Made by a program: the position numbers and the translations under genes. A DNA stretch of 34,282 nt from a virus (lineage: Duplodnaviria > Caudoviricetes), in IMG/VR virus record IMGVR_UViG_3300032331_002510, positions 1-34,282 of that record; one strand, written 5' to 3'. The notes under the pieces are model-generated. The model did not search any database. It was not told the DNA's origin and was given only the letters and a program-made list of their open reading frames with translations. This document shows, piece after piece, positions 24,701 to 32,920 of this stretch (position 1 is its first letter; each line of letters opens with the position of its first letter).

Positions 24701-27314
24701 TGATGTTGGTCACCACGTTGGCTGTGTTGACAAAGGCAGTGCCGCCAACGGCCACACCCTGGACAGAACCAGGGCTGGTGTCGTGGAACGCGATAACGCG
24801 TGTACCAAACTGGCTGCCCAGCAGATTGGCTATGGTGCCGACAGCTCTGGTTTCGGCGTCAGGTGCAGGGTTTAACTTTGCAGGGATGGCCTGGCCATTG
24901 TCGACGGCCCAACGGTCCAGAGATCGTTGCGCATCTGCTCGTACTGTTTCGTTGTCAAGGACTGGCTGATTACCGACATCCCGCACTGGCGCTGTTCCGA
25001 GGGTTTGTTCTGTTCCAGGGAGTGGGGGGATTGAAACAGCCGGGGTACTTGGCGCAACTCCAGATTTGGCTGTGAATGTAATGGTGCCATCTTCGTTCTC
25101 CGTTTGATCAAACTGACTGGCCAATGCGCGTCTGTCGCGGATCGGCATTGCGCCCAGCTCTTCGGGCGTGAGTGTGCGGGTCTCGGGCGCAAGCGGGGTA
25201 ATCGAGACCGTGCTCGGTGTGGCTGTCTGCTGGGGTGCTGCACGTTGAGTAAACGCGCCAGCCTCATCCTGACGCGCGGTCAGCTCGATTGCTGCACTGC
25301 GGCGAGAGATAGGGGCGACGGTCTCATCGCCAGTGATCGCCTGGAGCTGGTCGTCGGACAGGTTAGTGACCGGGGTGCCCTGAATGCTGCGCGGCCTGGG
25401 CGCGTTGATGCGCAGCTTGTCTAGGCCAAACTGCTGTTCGGTTTCTGTGCTGATCTCCGGGGCCGGTTCAACGGCGGTTTGAGTACCAAGATCAAACCCA
25501 GGCAACGATCCTGCGTCAAACCCTGGCCCAGCGCGGCCTACAGAAGGGGTCATTTCGCCCACCTGGAAGGTTGCCCTAGGGGGTAGGGGCGTGATCGCGT
25601 TCTCGGGCACCAGAAGCTCGTTTAACGAACCGGACAGGTTATCTGCCGCTGCGGCTGCGGCGTCTGCCGTGGTTGATTGCTGAAGGCTAGTCTGGTCCTG
25701 CTGGACTTTGGCTGTCTGGTAGGGCTTGATGAGCGCGGCATCGTAGGACTGCACGTCCAGGGCGCGGCGGGCAAAGGCGTCGATTGCTGCCGGGTCAAAC
25801 TGGCCACCGGCTACGTCACCGGCAAATGCGTCGGCAAAGGCGCGCTCAGGGCTTACTTCCAGCAGCTTGCGCGCGATAGGCGCGGCTACGCGGCCAGCGC
25901 CACCCATAACCAAAGTCTGAGCGGTTGTTTGATAGAACGTGTCGCCAACGGCTTTGAGGTAATCGCCAAGGGTCGCGTTGGGGGTTAGGCCAAACGGTGT
26001 CCACTTGTCCGTGCCAAATTGCATGGCAGTCGTAACTTGCTCGGATAAATTTTCTTTAACCAAGTACCGGGCAAACACCGGCATGATCTCGTCGGCGGGT
26101 ACGCCTTTGACCAAGTCTTTGAAGCCTTTGATAAAAGGAGCCGGTAAGCTGGCGCGTTCGCCGACCCATTCAGCAACACCCATAAACGCCGCACGCGGAA
26201 GCGCTTCGCCCATGGTTTGGCCAGCGGCTTTACCGTTGCCGTATTCCTCAGCAAAGGTTTGCGCAACGGCGGCGGTAACCCCCAGGCCAGGGTTTACCAA
26301 GTACGGCGCAAAGTTGTTGATCGCGCCAGCGACGCCGGTTTCAATAAAGTTCAACGCGGCGTTAGGGTTTTCACCAATCGCTTCTAGTTTTGCTTTAGCT
26401 GCTTTTTGCTGAACGGCGTTGCCACTGGACAGCTTTGCGCCCACATCTGCCAATTGCGTGGAGCCTGCCAAATCTCCTGTCGATTCAAGCGTGTCGCCGA
26501 TAAGTTGCCAAGCGCCGGACGCAGCAGATTGGAACGTCCCGGCTACTTTGCCACCGACCGCTTTGCCCGCGCCCACCAGTTGCTCAAAACCCGTGGGCTG
26601 TATTGTGCGCGCCCTAATTAAACCTTCGGTCTCTTCCAGCGCCATTCTGCCTTCAGGGCGTTTGTACTCATCTTTGGCGGCAAAATCAAACGTCGAAGGT
26701 TTGGCTTCGCTAAAGCGTTGGGGTGTTGCCCCGGTTGCGGCGTCTTGCGCTGCAAGAGCATCAGCAGATTCGATGTCTCGGCCCTGGGCGATGTACGCGT
26801 CCCGGCGGACTTCTCGGCGGGTATCAAAACCGCGCAAGGAGGGAAGCTGTTGGGGATTGGCTTCGCGGTATTGCTTGTCAATGGTTTGGAATACCTGGCC
26901 CTCAAAACCTTTGTTTTGCACCAGGGCCTGACGTTCTTTGGGAGTCGCCGCGTCGTACTGTTGTTTTAGGGCCGTGAATTTTTCTTCCGAAACTGGGGCA
27001 CCGCGACGGTCGATAAGTGGGGCTTGCGGTGGCGGCGCTACACCCTCCAGCACACTGGTGCGCTTAGGCGTAGCAGCGGCCATGATGGCCGCGCCAAAGT
27101 CATCCCCGCTTGGGCTGTACTCTGTTGAAACTTCAGGCGCGGCTGCGGCCTGGCGCACGGGGGCCGCGCGCGGCTGCTGGATGTCTACCTTGAACGGGGT
27201 GACGTCGCGCCGCCCTTGGGGCTTAGCCGCTTCAGACTCGACGGCATAGCTTGACCACCACTCGTCCTTCGACTCGTCAGCCGGAGCGTAAGTTTCCCAC
27301 CATTCTTTTGCCAT
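21726..27314 (-). CDS. Large polyvalent virion/ejection protein (zincin metallopeptidase + ART-like + HhH DNA-glycosylase-like)
   Basis: HELKH at 24672-24686 with a downstream EMTAD. RHYS...RVYFY...GFDGY at about 23650-24010. WY...S.Q...N, GPKIG.FY.NL.G, VTMDMWFMR and QALIW at about 22170-23120. Confidence 0.8.
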   Translation of the reverse strand: MAKEWWETYAPADESKDEWWSSYAVESEAAKPQGRRDVTPFKVDIQQPRAAPVRQAAAAPEVSTEYSPSGDDFGAAIMAAATPKRTSVLEGVAPPPQAPLIDRRGAPVSEEKFTALKQQYDAATPKERQALVQNKGFEGQVFQTIDKQYREANPQQLPSLRGFDTRREVRRDAYIAQGRDIESADALAAQDAATGATPQRFSEAKPSTFDFAAKDEYKRPEGRMALEETEGLIRARTIQPTGFEQLVGAGKAVGGKVAGTFQSAASGAWQLIGDTLESTGDLAGSTQLADVGAKLSSGNAVQQKAAKAKLEAIGENPNAALNFIETGVAGAINNFAPYLVNPGLGVTAAVAQTFAEEYGNGKAAGQTMGEALPRAAFMGVAEWVGERASLPAPFIKGFKDLVKGVPADEIMPVFARYLVKENLSEQVTTAMQFGTDKWTPFGLTPNATLGDYLKAVGDTFYQTTAQTLVMGGAGRVAAPIARKLLEVSPERAFADAFAGDVAGGQFDPAAIDAFARRALDVQSYDAALIKPYQTAKVQQDQTSLQQSTTADAAAAAADNLSGSLNELLVPENAITPLPPRATFQVGEMTPSVGRAGPGFDAGSLPGFDLGTQTAVEPAPEISTETEQQFGLDKLRINAPRPRSIQGTPVTNLSDDQLQAITGDETVAPISRRSAAIELTARQDEAGAFTQRAAPQQTATPSTVSITPLAPETRTLTPEELGAMPIRDRRALASQFDQTENEDGTITFTAKSGVAPSTPAVSIPPLPGTEQTLGTAPVRDVGNQPVLDNETVRADAQRSLDRWAVDNGQAIPAKLNPAPDAETRAVGTIANLLGSQFGTRVIAFHDTSPGSVQGVAVGGTAFVNTANVVTNISKVSLHELKHTIEQIAFTERQAGLTDTSAQKFTAQIDSIFDDMTEEGKRAYVTNFLHAAELAALDSTPDIKESRIQELLQSPLLRSEMTADFMGNRATDKAFWADVAQADPGGFKGFVQKWVSVIDNLMSTLRGKPTQGETESAKVDQYVRDLAKAKMVAREALIAYRQGTLQQFESAPAASLRQGEINAPTVTAAGSENLPGPTAQDRPGFSEDGGGPTPSYGTARAGAISVVGRHYSTTPRQTLSGAYYGQGLKGAERTRLDSSTDPRLKNRVYFYVDQGAGIRPESGVGGYAHETKLDNIYDPQTRLIKPQADANAFESAVINAGFDGYIAPFGNGQSAVVLLGQKHKAVPVKQIGQPQAAALPAEAAPTTLKKGLLTREASQVDTGNIPGSRMRMGTLEIPAGQVEAANTEMERIGSEIRFSKKEVVGPPAPEVKDTGVYQDVADKLKMSAAEYNASMLPLMTGKTGDNTFKTPKVGGIPEVVQWLTNRRMASGLPVLNIKKAGDRTTLAKLMASEAVAAIRSAGNAVEWYDETVAKTLRIMAVKYPELNSDPNARNAFLISVAISSQTMNVEDNLRYASAQYEAFRKTGKFPEVGTGKSAPAMAKNFSLANKLLAEFGADDMGRFLQTAFTKRELEMSGFKIGGESMDENLLGSAVFGPKIGFGFYSNLAGNFEPVTMDMWFMRTLGRLTGTLPAFDSVLFPKQVAKLRAALAETGPAERGVYAAQFDPAAVQAAMETDEGAIALARQVSSLHNRQFIKERAAFDSGTRIKTSLIGAADSIIKSADKPTDAPGSGGERQLIRDVVRQMVVMVEEQTGKRVPPAALQALIWYPEQELYKNLGVKLRVTSQDYAGAAESLLQKEGFDGQQLRTAAESGPGRARQVAGQPNTGATGPSGKPTGGAVPFQGKEREDFIGARTDRFNATQVVKQPLKKIFEDLAKRGLAKTRAEAAFTARPDGAQIKYVQENFNDILIQLEDADKVKINCK
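21908..22093 (-). CDS. Candidate nested out-of-frame gene (61 aa)
   Basis: AGAAGG SD 5 nt before ATG 22093. MDNNYAQQPNLDQDEHDKWLASQTPEQLDRAVSRLGALF... lies over a Gly/Pro-rich linker. Confidence 0.35.
   Translation of the reverse strand: MDNNYAQQPNLDQDEHDKWLASQTPEQLDRAVSRLGALFRSKEKNGKTSLAQEPTGSMQPK
23963..24136 (-). CDS. Candidate nested out-of-frame gene (57 aa)
   Basis: AAGGAG SD 6 nt before ATG 24136. MHRPLPQQEVKTYQDQQRRIDQALAKMG... lies over a Gly/Pro-rich linker. Confidence 0.4.
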   Translation of the reverse strand: MHRPLPQQEVKTYQDQQRRIDQALAKMGAVRPQATAPQEQAQSPLSADTTQRLPVRR

Positions 27315-27319
27315 ATTTT

Positions 27320-28618
27320 TTACCTAACCCGGATAGAACCATCCGGGGCTTTGAATCGGGTTCCGGGTTTTAATTTAGCAACTTCTGCCGCCGATTTAGG
27401 TTCGGGCATTGCGCCGGTTGGTGGAGGAGGTGTGTTCTTAGCTTCCAAAGCGCCCCGCTGCAATGCTTGAGCCTGGTCGCGAACGGCCACTGCGTCATCC
27501 ATGCTTCTTTGCCAGGCTGCTTGGGATTCTTTTGTAGACCCCTTGCCGCCATCCACAAGCGATTTAATAGTTGCGTTGGCGGAGTTGATAACGGAGCTGA
27601 GTCGTTCGCTGCTGTTCTTGTTGAACATGCCGCCCGCAATTTCGGCGTCGATCTTCTCAATGTCTTTGCCGTACTTCTTAGCCAGCGCGCCAGCCTGGCC
27701 AGCTTGTGCCTGGTTCTCGGCGATTTGCGATTTGCCCAGGGGCGTAGTCTTGCTTTCCCCACTGTACTGGTTGTACTGCTCACCGCCTTCGACGTTGATA
27801 ATCGGCTTGCCTTCTGAGGCCGCAACCGCGCCGGAGCCTGTGCCCATTTTGGTGGTGCCAGCTAAAACGCCTTGACCAACGCCGGTTTTGAAATTAATTA
27901 AACCGGCTTTGGCCACGTTCTCACCAATTACTGAACTACCTACAGCCGTGGCTTCGTTTTTGCCGCTGTACTGGTTGAACTGCGTGCCGTCTTTCACGTC
28001 GTACAAAGGTTTGCCTTCGGCTACTGCTACGGCCTGACCGGCGCGCGGCGCAACCTCGGGTTTCTCAAAAGCGGCTTGGCCCATGTTGGTTTTGAAACCG
28101 ATGTTGCGGCCTTTCATAACGTCATCAAAATTGCCTTTAAGAGCATACGATTCCTCAAGCTGGGACAGTGCTTTGGCCTTCAGTTTGAATTCTTCCTTCA
28201 ACGCCTGCGGTACTTCGGTTACGGTTTGTTCGCCATACGTATCGTCAAGCGTTGTGCCAATTGGTTTTGCGTACTTGCTAAGGTCACCCGATTTACGATA
28301 CTGCTGAAGATCGGCTAATTGGTTTTCAGTCATATCCAACTGGCCAGCCGCCATGCCAGCGTATTTGCCGCCGGGTTGGAGGTCGGCTGGCTGGATGCCG
28401 GGGTCCTTGCCAGCACGCCCAGCATTCTGATCTTCCGCAGTGCGCCTGTATAGCGCGTTTTGCTCAGCGCGAAAATCGCGTGTTTCCTGGGCTTGTCTTT
28501 CGCGGTAATCGCGCTCAGCCTCACGCGCTTGTTGCTGCATGAGGAAACTGCCCATAGAGGAACCAGCGTTGGCAATCCCTTGCCCAATACCGGCCCAGAT
28601 TAAACCTTCGCCTGCCAT
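27320..28618 (-). CDS. Virion ejection/DNA-pilot-like protein
   Basis: Gly-rich amphipathic N-terminus, Gln-rich coil and an internal duplication; ends in LKPGTRFKAPDG. AAGGA SD. Confidence 0.65.
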   Translation of the reverse strand: MAGEGLIWAGIGQGIANAGSSMGSFLMQQQAREAERDYRERQAQETRDFRAEQNALYRRTAEDQNAGRAGKDPGIQPADLQPGGKYAGMAAGQLDMTENQLADLQQYRKSGDLSKYAKPIGTTLDDTYGEQTVTEVPQALKEEFKLKAKALSQLEESYALKGNFDDVMKGRNIGFKTNMGQAAFEKPEVAPRAGQAVAVAEGKPLYDVKDGTQFNQYSGKNEATAVGSSVIGENVAKAGLINFKTGVGQGVLAGTTKMGTGSGAVAASEGKPIINVEGGEQYNQYSGESKTTPLGKSQIAENQAQAGQAGALAKKYGKDIEKIDAEIAGGMFNKNSSERLSSVINSANATIKSLVDGGKGSTKESQAAWQRSMDDAVAVRDQAQALQRGALEAKNTPPPPTGAMPEPKSAAEVAKLKPGTRFKAPDGSIRVR

Positions 28619-28636
28619 AATAATTTCCTTTGTTTC

Positions 28637-28957
28637 TTACCCGCCGAGCTTCGGCATGTACTTATAAACTAAGCCGCTTGGCGGCGGAGCTTTTTGCAAT
28701 TGGTCCAATTTAAGACTTGGCTTTTCTTTGTATCTGATTGGAATGTCGTCAAGATTTTGCTCAGGGTCCCACCGGGCATTCTTAAAATTCTGCGCAACAA
28801 CAGTCGCGGATTGTTGCCTGTCGGTTCCGCGCGCGGGCGTGTACACCGGAGTTTTAACCGGATTTACAGTCGTTGGAATTGCCCTCGGTCTTACTATTGG
28901 ATCACCCGAACGGTCGAGCGCATCACCGTCCGCGCTGATGTTACTGGGTCTAGCCAT
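28637..28957 (-). CDS. Hypothetical protein
   Basis: ORF fills the operon gap; its C-terminus resembles that of 29407-30474. Confidence 0.6.
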   Translation of the reverse strand: MARPSNISADGDALDRSGDPIVRPRAIPTTVNPVKTPVYTPARGTDRQQSATVVAQNFKNARWDPEQNLDDIPIRYKEKPSLKLDQLQKAPPPSGLVYKYMPKLGG

Positions 28958-28959
28958 AA

Positions 28960-29388
28960 TTAGGCCCCTTGGGAAAAGACCGATGGGTCAATCTTATCCA
29001 TTCCTTTTTGGAGCTGGGATGTGTCGACACCGTTCTCACCCAGGTAACGTAAGAGCATGCTCTTAAAAGCGCTGGCGGCTTCTTGGGGACCGATATTCAT
29101 TTTGGCTGCCTGGCCAATATCAATGACTTCCTTCAAGATCGCCATTGCTAAAAGGCCAAGTAGTTGACGTGGCACTTTGCCTTCCGTGCGCTCATCGACC
29201 GTACTGGTAATGTCATAAGCAATGTTGCTTAGGGCGTCGGCCTTATCTTTTGCCAGGCGCAATTGCTTGGCTACATCACCCGCTGCTTTTTGTTCGTACA
29301 GAACGCGCATGGCGAATTTAAGTGCCCGCAAAAACTCGGGATTGTTTTCGTCAACAGCAGGCTGCATTTGATTCATTGTTGTGGCCAT
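28960..29388 (-). CDS. Hypothetical virion-module protein
   Basis: AAGGA SD; helical 142 aa ORF. Confidence 0.7.
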   Translation of the reverse strand: MATTMNQMQPAVDENNPEFLRALKFAMRVLYEQKAAGDVAKQLRLAKDKADALSNIAYDITSTVDERTEGKVPRQLLGLLAMAILKEVIDIGQAAKMNIGPQEAASAFKSMLLRYLGENGVDTSQLQKGMDKIDPSVFSQGA

Positions 29389-29406
29389 GATATGTCCTTG
29401 TGTTTG

Positions 29407-30474
29407 TTAACCCGTGCCGCCGGGCATGTACTTGCTGATAACCCCGCCGGTTGGCTGGGCTTGCGCGTAGTATTGCGCAATCAAAGCGCGGGCGGCTGCT
29501 TGGGGGTCCCACTGGGTTACCGTCTGCGGGTTTGCGGCAGCCTTTTCGGCAGCGGCTGCACGCACGGCACTGAAGTCTAATTGTGCGCCCATGTTTTTGT
29601 TGCGACGCTGGCGTGCAAGCTCGGCCTGGTCCACTTCAAAATTACGTTGATCTTCAGCGGCCTTTGCTTGGCCAGCGCCAGAGATCAAACCACCAACAAC
29701 CTGGGTGCCGCCCATCACAGCGGCGGTCTTCAGATAAGGATCAACACCAGCCCACCATCCGGCTGCTGGAGTTGCGGCGGGAAGCGCGGTGCTACCAAGA
29801 GTGCTAAGGGTGCTGGCTGCCGGTGCTTGGGCAAGAGCATAAGGACTCGCGCTGCCAAGTGTGCCAGTCGCCCCAGTAGCGCTCATACCGCCAGAGGTTA
29901 ACCCGGTAGAAGTCCCGGCCCCAGCGGTTAAGCCCGTGCCAGTGGAAGCAGCGGCGGGGGTAACAGCCGCAACTTCGCTTGCGCCCGGGCCAAGGGCAGC
30001 AATCTCAGAGCCAGTGTATGTAGGCACAGGGTTAATTACGCCGGGGTTGTACCCACCCTGGCTAATCAAAGAGCCAGAGCTGGCACCTGACGCAACATTT
30101 GATGCCAGCATACCGGAGGATTCTCCTGCCCCATAAGCAGTCCCGTAAGTGTCGCCTATCGTAGCGGCTGCTTCACCAAAGTTACCGGCCAGGGTGGAGG
30201 ACCAAGCGTTGCTAAGGCCGGTGGCCGCGCTTTCCACACCGGTCCCCAGGCCCGAGAGAAAACTTCCTCCCCCCGCCATTTCCCCAAAGCCCCCGGCCAG
30301 CGCCGCACCTCCAAAGTAAACAGCGCCAGCGATCAGGATGGCTTTACCAATGGGCGAGTCAGCAATACTTCTGGCCAGGTCGCCAACGCCGTCGGCCACA
30401 CCCTTGACGACGTTGACAACGCCTTTAACGACGTCGCCAATAGCGTCGCCGATTCCTTGGACTACTTTTGTCAT
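29407..30474 (-). CDS. Gly/Ala-rich ejection (DNA transfer) protein with hydrophobic segments
   Basis: AILIAGAVYFGGAALAG hydrophobic segment and a long G/A/S/T-rich region. It lies next to a GNAT, an arrangement typical of podovirus ejection modules. Confidence 0.6.
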   Translation of the reverse strand: MTKVVQGIGDAIGDVVKGVVNVVKGVADGVGDLARSIADSPIGKAILIAGAVYFGGAALAGGFGEMAGGGSFLSGLGTGVESAATGLSNAWSSTLAGNFGEAAATIGDTYGTAYGAGESSGMLASNVASGASSGSLISQGGYNPGVINPVPTYTGSEIAALGPGASEVAAVTPAAASTGTGLTAGAGTSTGLTSGGMSATGATGTLGSASPYALAQAPAASTLSTLGSTALPAATPAAGWWAGVDPYLKTAAVMGGTQVVGGLISGAGQAKAAEDQRNFEVDQAELARQRRNKNMGAQLDFSAVRAAAAEKAAANPQTVTQWDPQAAARALIAQYYAQAQPTGGVISKYMPGGTG

Positions 30475-30476
30475 GG

Positions 30477-30917
30477 TTAAATTCCTCTTACGTATGAAAG
30501 GGTAACGGTCTCCCTGGTAAAACCAAGGTGTTTAAAAAAGCGAATCAAACGTGGGTCTACGTCTGGTTCCAAACTAAGCACAGCCACTTTGATCGCCGAC
30601 CGACCTTTGACCCATTCAGCGAATTCGCGTATCAGTTTGAGACCTGCACCCTTGACCAGGGAGTAGTACAAAAGCACTGAGCACTGCATCTTGTCGTACC
30701 AAAAACTTTTCTGCACGCAAGCACCGAACACTGCAACCACTTTGCCATCTTCGTCTTCTGCAACCCAGGCGAAGTGCGCTGGGTTGATACAAGCCTGGGC
30801 CATGCGCGCCATCGCCTCGCGGTCGATGTTGACCGGCAAAGGGTTGTTTGACACGGAGATCACCGCTATCTCTACGATAGCTGGAATGTCCTGGAATTTT
30901 GCTTTTCTGTAGATCAT
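30477..30917 (-). CDS. GNAT-family acetyltransferase-like protein
   Basis: MIYRKAKFQDIPAI...WVAE.E.GKVV...G.G.KLI...FFKHLGF. Confidence 0.75.
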   Translation of the reverse strand: MIYRKAKFQDIPAIVEIAVISVSNNPLPVNIDREAMARMAQACINPAHFAWVAEDEDGKVVAVFGACVQKSFWYDKMQCSVLLYYSLVKGAGLKLIREFAEWVKGRSAIKVAVLSLEPDVDPRLIRFFKHLGFTRETVTLSYVRGI

Positions 30918-32824
30918 GGGACGATGGGCGGAATGGTGGATTTGTAAAACGTATTGGCCCAACTAATCTGGGCGTTTGCGTAGTCAACCAATTTAGTGAT
31001 TGCGCCAGTTTGTGCAGTCGAGTCTAAAGTCGCGTCAGCCATGATTGCGTTTACACCGGCCATTGTCGTATTGCTTATTTGCGCCGCAAACGCAGCCGGA
31101 ATCCTTTGCTGGTCCCCTGCGAGTTGCAGGCCAAGCCTCGTAGCCTGAGCGACGTTATCAGCGGTTTGCACAGCGGTTTGCTGGCTGCGATCAAGCACAG
31201 CTTGAGCACTAGCAAAATTCTGTCTTGCCGTTTCCAAAGACGCTTGAGAAGCGAGGCTCTTGTCAGTGAGGGCCACTTGGTTAGCGCGATCAAGAGCGGA
31301 TTGAGCGCTGGCAAAAGTCTGCTGTGCAGTTTGCAAAGTCGCTTGCTGGGCGCGGTCAAGTACGGCTTGATCTTTGGCAAAATTCTGTCTTGCAGTTTCC
31401 AAGGCCGCTGTAGCGGTGATGCTCTTATCAGATATAGACACCTGAGTAGCACGGTCAAGTTCGGCTTGGGTTTTTGCAAAAGTCTGCTGCGCGGTTTGCA
31501 AAGCCGTTTGTTGAGTACGATCAAGTTTGGCTTGCTCAGTAGCAAAATCTTCTTTTGCTTTTTCTAAAGCCGCCGTAGCGGTAATGCTCTTGTCAGTTAG
31601 AGACGTTTGCTGTGCGCGATCTAGTGCGGCTTGTGCGCTGGCAAATGTCTGTTGACCTGTTTGCAAACTGGCAGTCGATTCCTGGCGTGACTTTTCCAGG
31701 GCTTGTGCAGCGGTGATGCTTTTGTCCGCCAACATGATCTGGGTCGCGCGGTCTTTATCTGCTTGCGTAGCCTGAGACGCCTGGGCTGCTGTTGCCAAGT
31801 CTGTTTGCTGGGTGCGGTCCAGCGCGCTTTGGCCAGCGGTAAATTCTTGGCGCGCTTTCTCCAAAGCCGATGTAGCGGTGATGCTTTTGTCCGCCAACAT
31901 GATCTGGGTTGCGCGGTCCTTCTCGCTTTGACTTGCTTGGAAAGCCTGCACTGAATTCGCCAGGTCGGTCTGTTGATTGCGGTCCAGCGCGCTCTGGCCA
32001 GCAGTAAATTCTTGGCGTGCTTTTTCGAGAGCTTGCGTGGCGGTGATGCTTTTGTCCGCCAACATGATCTGGGTTGCGCGGTCTTTCTCGCTCTGGCTTG
32101 CTTGGAAAGCCTGCACTGAATTCGCCAGGTCGGTCTGTTGATTGCGGTCCAGCGCGCTCTGGCCAGCAACAAAAGTTTGCTGACTGGTTTGGAGAGCTGT
32201 TTGCTGCGCCCGGTCCAGCGCGCTTTGGCCAGCAGCAAAAGTTTGCTGACCGGTTTGGAGAGCTGTTTGTTGTTCGCGGTTAAGCGAATTCTGGGCGGCG
32301 TCGAAATTCTGCTGGGCCTTGGCCAGGTTGGACGTGGCTTCCACGCTCTTGTCCGTAAGGGCTGTCTGCTGCGCGCGATCCAGTTGGGCCTGGGCAGCCT
32401 GGAAATTCTGAGTGACCTGTGTTTGGCCAGCGGCAAATGCCTGCTGATTGCCCAACAGGCCAAATTGGTTTTCCTCTTTTACATTACCCAAGCCAACCTG
32501 GTTTTGGTTGTTCAAGTTTGTGAGGGCACGGTTGGAGAACGTATTCGCGTCAGCAGTGGCAATTGGGATGGCGCGGTCCAGCATGGCCGCGACACCGGCA
32601 CCCTGGTTGATGGAGCTGTTGACCAGGCCGCGCGCGGCCATGCCCTGGGTCGCCTGAGTGCGGGCCTGCTGCATCAGTGGGTTGTCCTGGGCCATGATGC
32701 CCTGGAGCTGGCCAGACACTGTCTCTGTCGGCTTGTCCACCTGGGACGTTACAGCCTGGAAAGTTTTGGCCTGGTTCGCCGGGGCGTTAGCGTTGCCTAC
32801 GTCGAAAGGGTTTGTTGTAGCCAT
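30914..32824 (-). CDS. Ala/Gln-rich repeat coiled-coil virion protein
   Basis: Built from 22- and 33-aa LDR/KDR modules; GGAG SD. Confidence 0.75.
   Translation of the reverse strand: MATTNPFDVGNANAPANQAKTFQAVTSQVDKPTETVSGQLQGIMAQDNPLMQQARTQATQGMAARGLVNSSINQGAGVAAMLDRAIPIATADANTFSNRALTNLNNQNQVGLGNVKEENQFGLLGNQQAFAAGQTQVTQNFQAAQAQLDRAQQTALTDKSVEATSNLAKAQQNFDAAQNSLNREQQTALQTGQQTFAAGQSALDRAQQTALQTSQQTFVAGQSALDRNQQTDLANSVQAFQASQSEKDRATQIMLADKSITATQALEKARQEFTAGQSALDRNQQTDLANSVQAFQASQSEKDRATQIMLADKSITATSALEKARQEFTAGQSALDRTQQTDLATAAQASQATQADKDRATQIMLADKSITAAQALEKSRQESTASLQTGQQTFASAQAALDRAQQTSLTDKSITATAALEKAKEDFATEQAKLDRTQQTALQTAQQTFAKTQAELDRATQVSISDKSITATAALETARQNFAKDQAVLDRAQQATLQTAQQTFASAQSALDRANQVALTDKSLASQASLETARQNFASAQAVLDRSQQTAVQTADNVAQATRLGLQLAGDQQRIPAAFAAQISNTTMAGVNAIMADATLDSTAQTGAITKLVDYANAQISWANTFYKSTIPPIVP
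31170..32440. repeat. Intragenic tandem repeats (66/99/165 bp units)
   Basis: CGGTGATGCTTTTGTCCGCCAACATGATCTGGGT starts at 31711, 31876 and 32041, a 165-bp period. Confidence 0.85.
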
Positions 32825-32840
32825 TGTTGCTCCACATGTG

Positions 32841-32865
32841 AAAAAAGCCGCTATCAGGCGGCTTT
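32841..32865 (-). terminator. Intrinsic terminator
   Basis: Minus strand AAAGCCGC-CTGATA-GCGGC-TTTTTT. Confidence 0.75.
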
Positions 32866-32890
32866 CTGCGGGCGCACTGCCCCCGCAAAG

Positions 32891-32919
32891 ATTTTATGTC
32901 ATTCCCCCGTCCCGGTCAA
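32891..32919 (-). promoter_or_regulatory. Sigma70-type promoter
   Basis: Minus strand TTGACC (32919-32914), 17 bp, TAAAAT (32896-32891). Confidence 0.7.
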
Positions 32920-32920
32920 T

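Noticed and set aside
24872-25090. Possible fourth nested ORF (GGAG-7 nt-ATG, 72 aa) in a Pro/Thr linker
   Set aside because: The SD-like string is explained by the host codons (TENEDG) and the peptide looks like frameshift noise. Retest it only if the other nested genes are confirmed.
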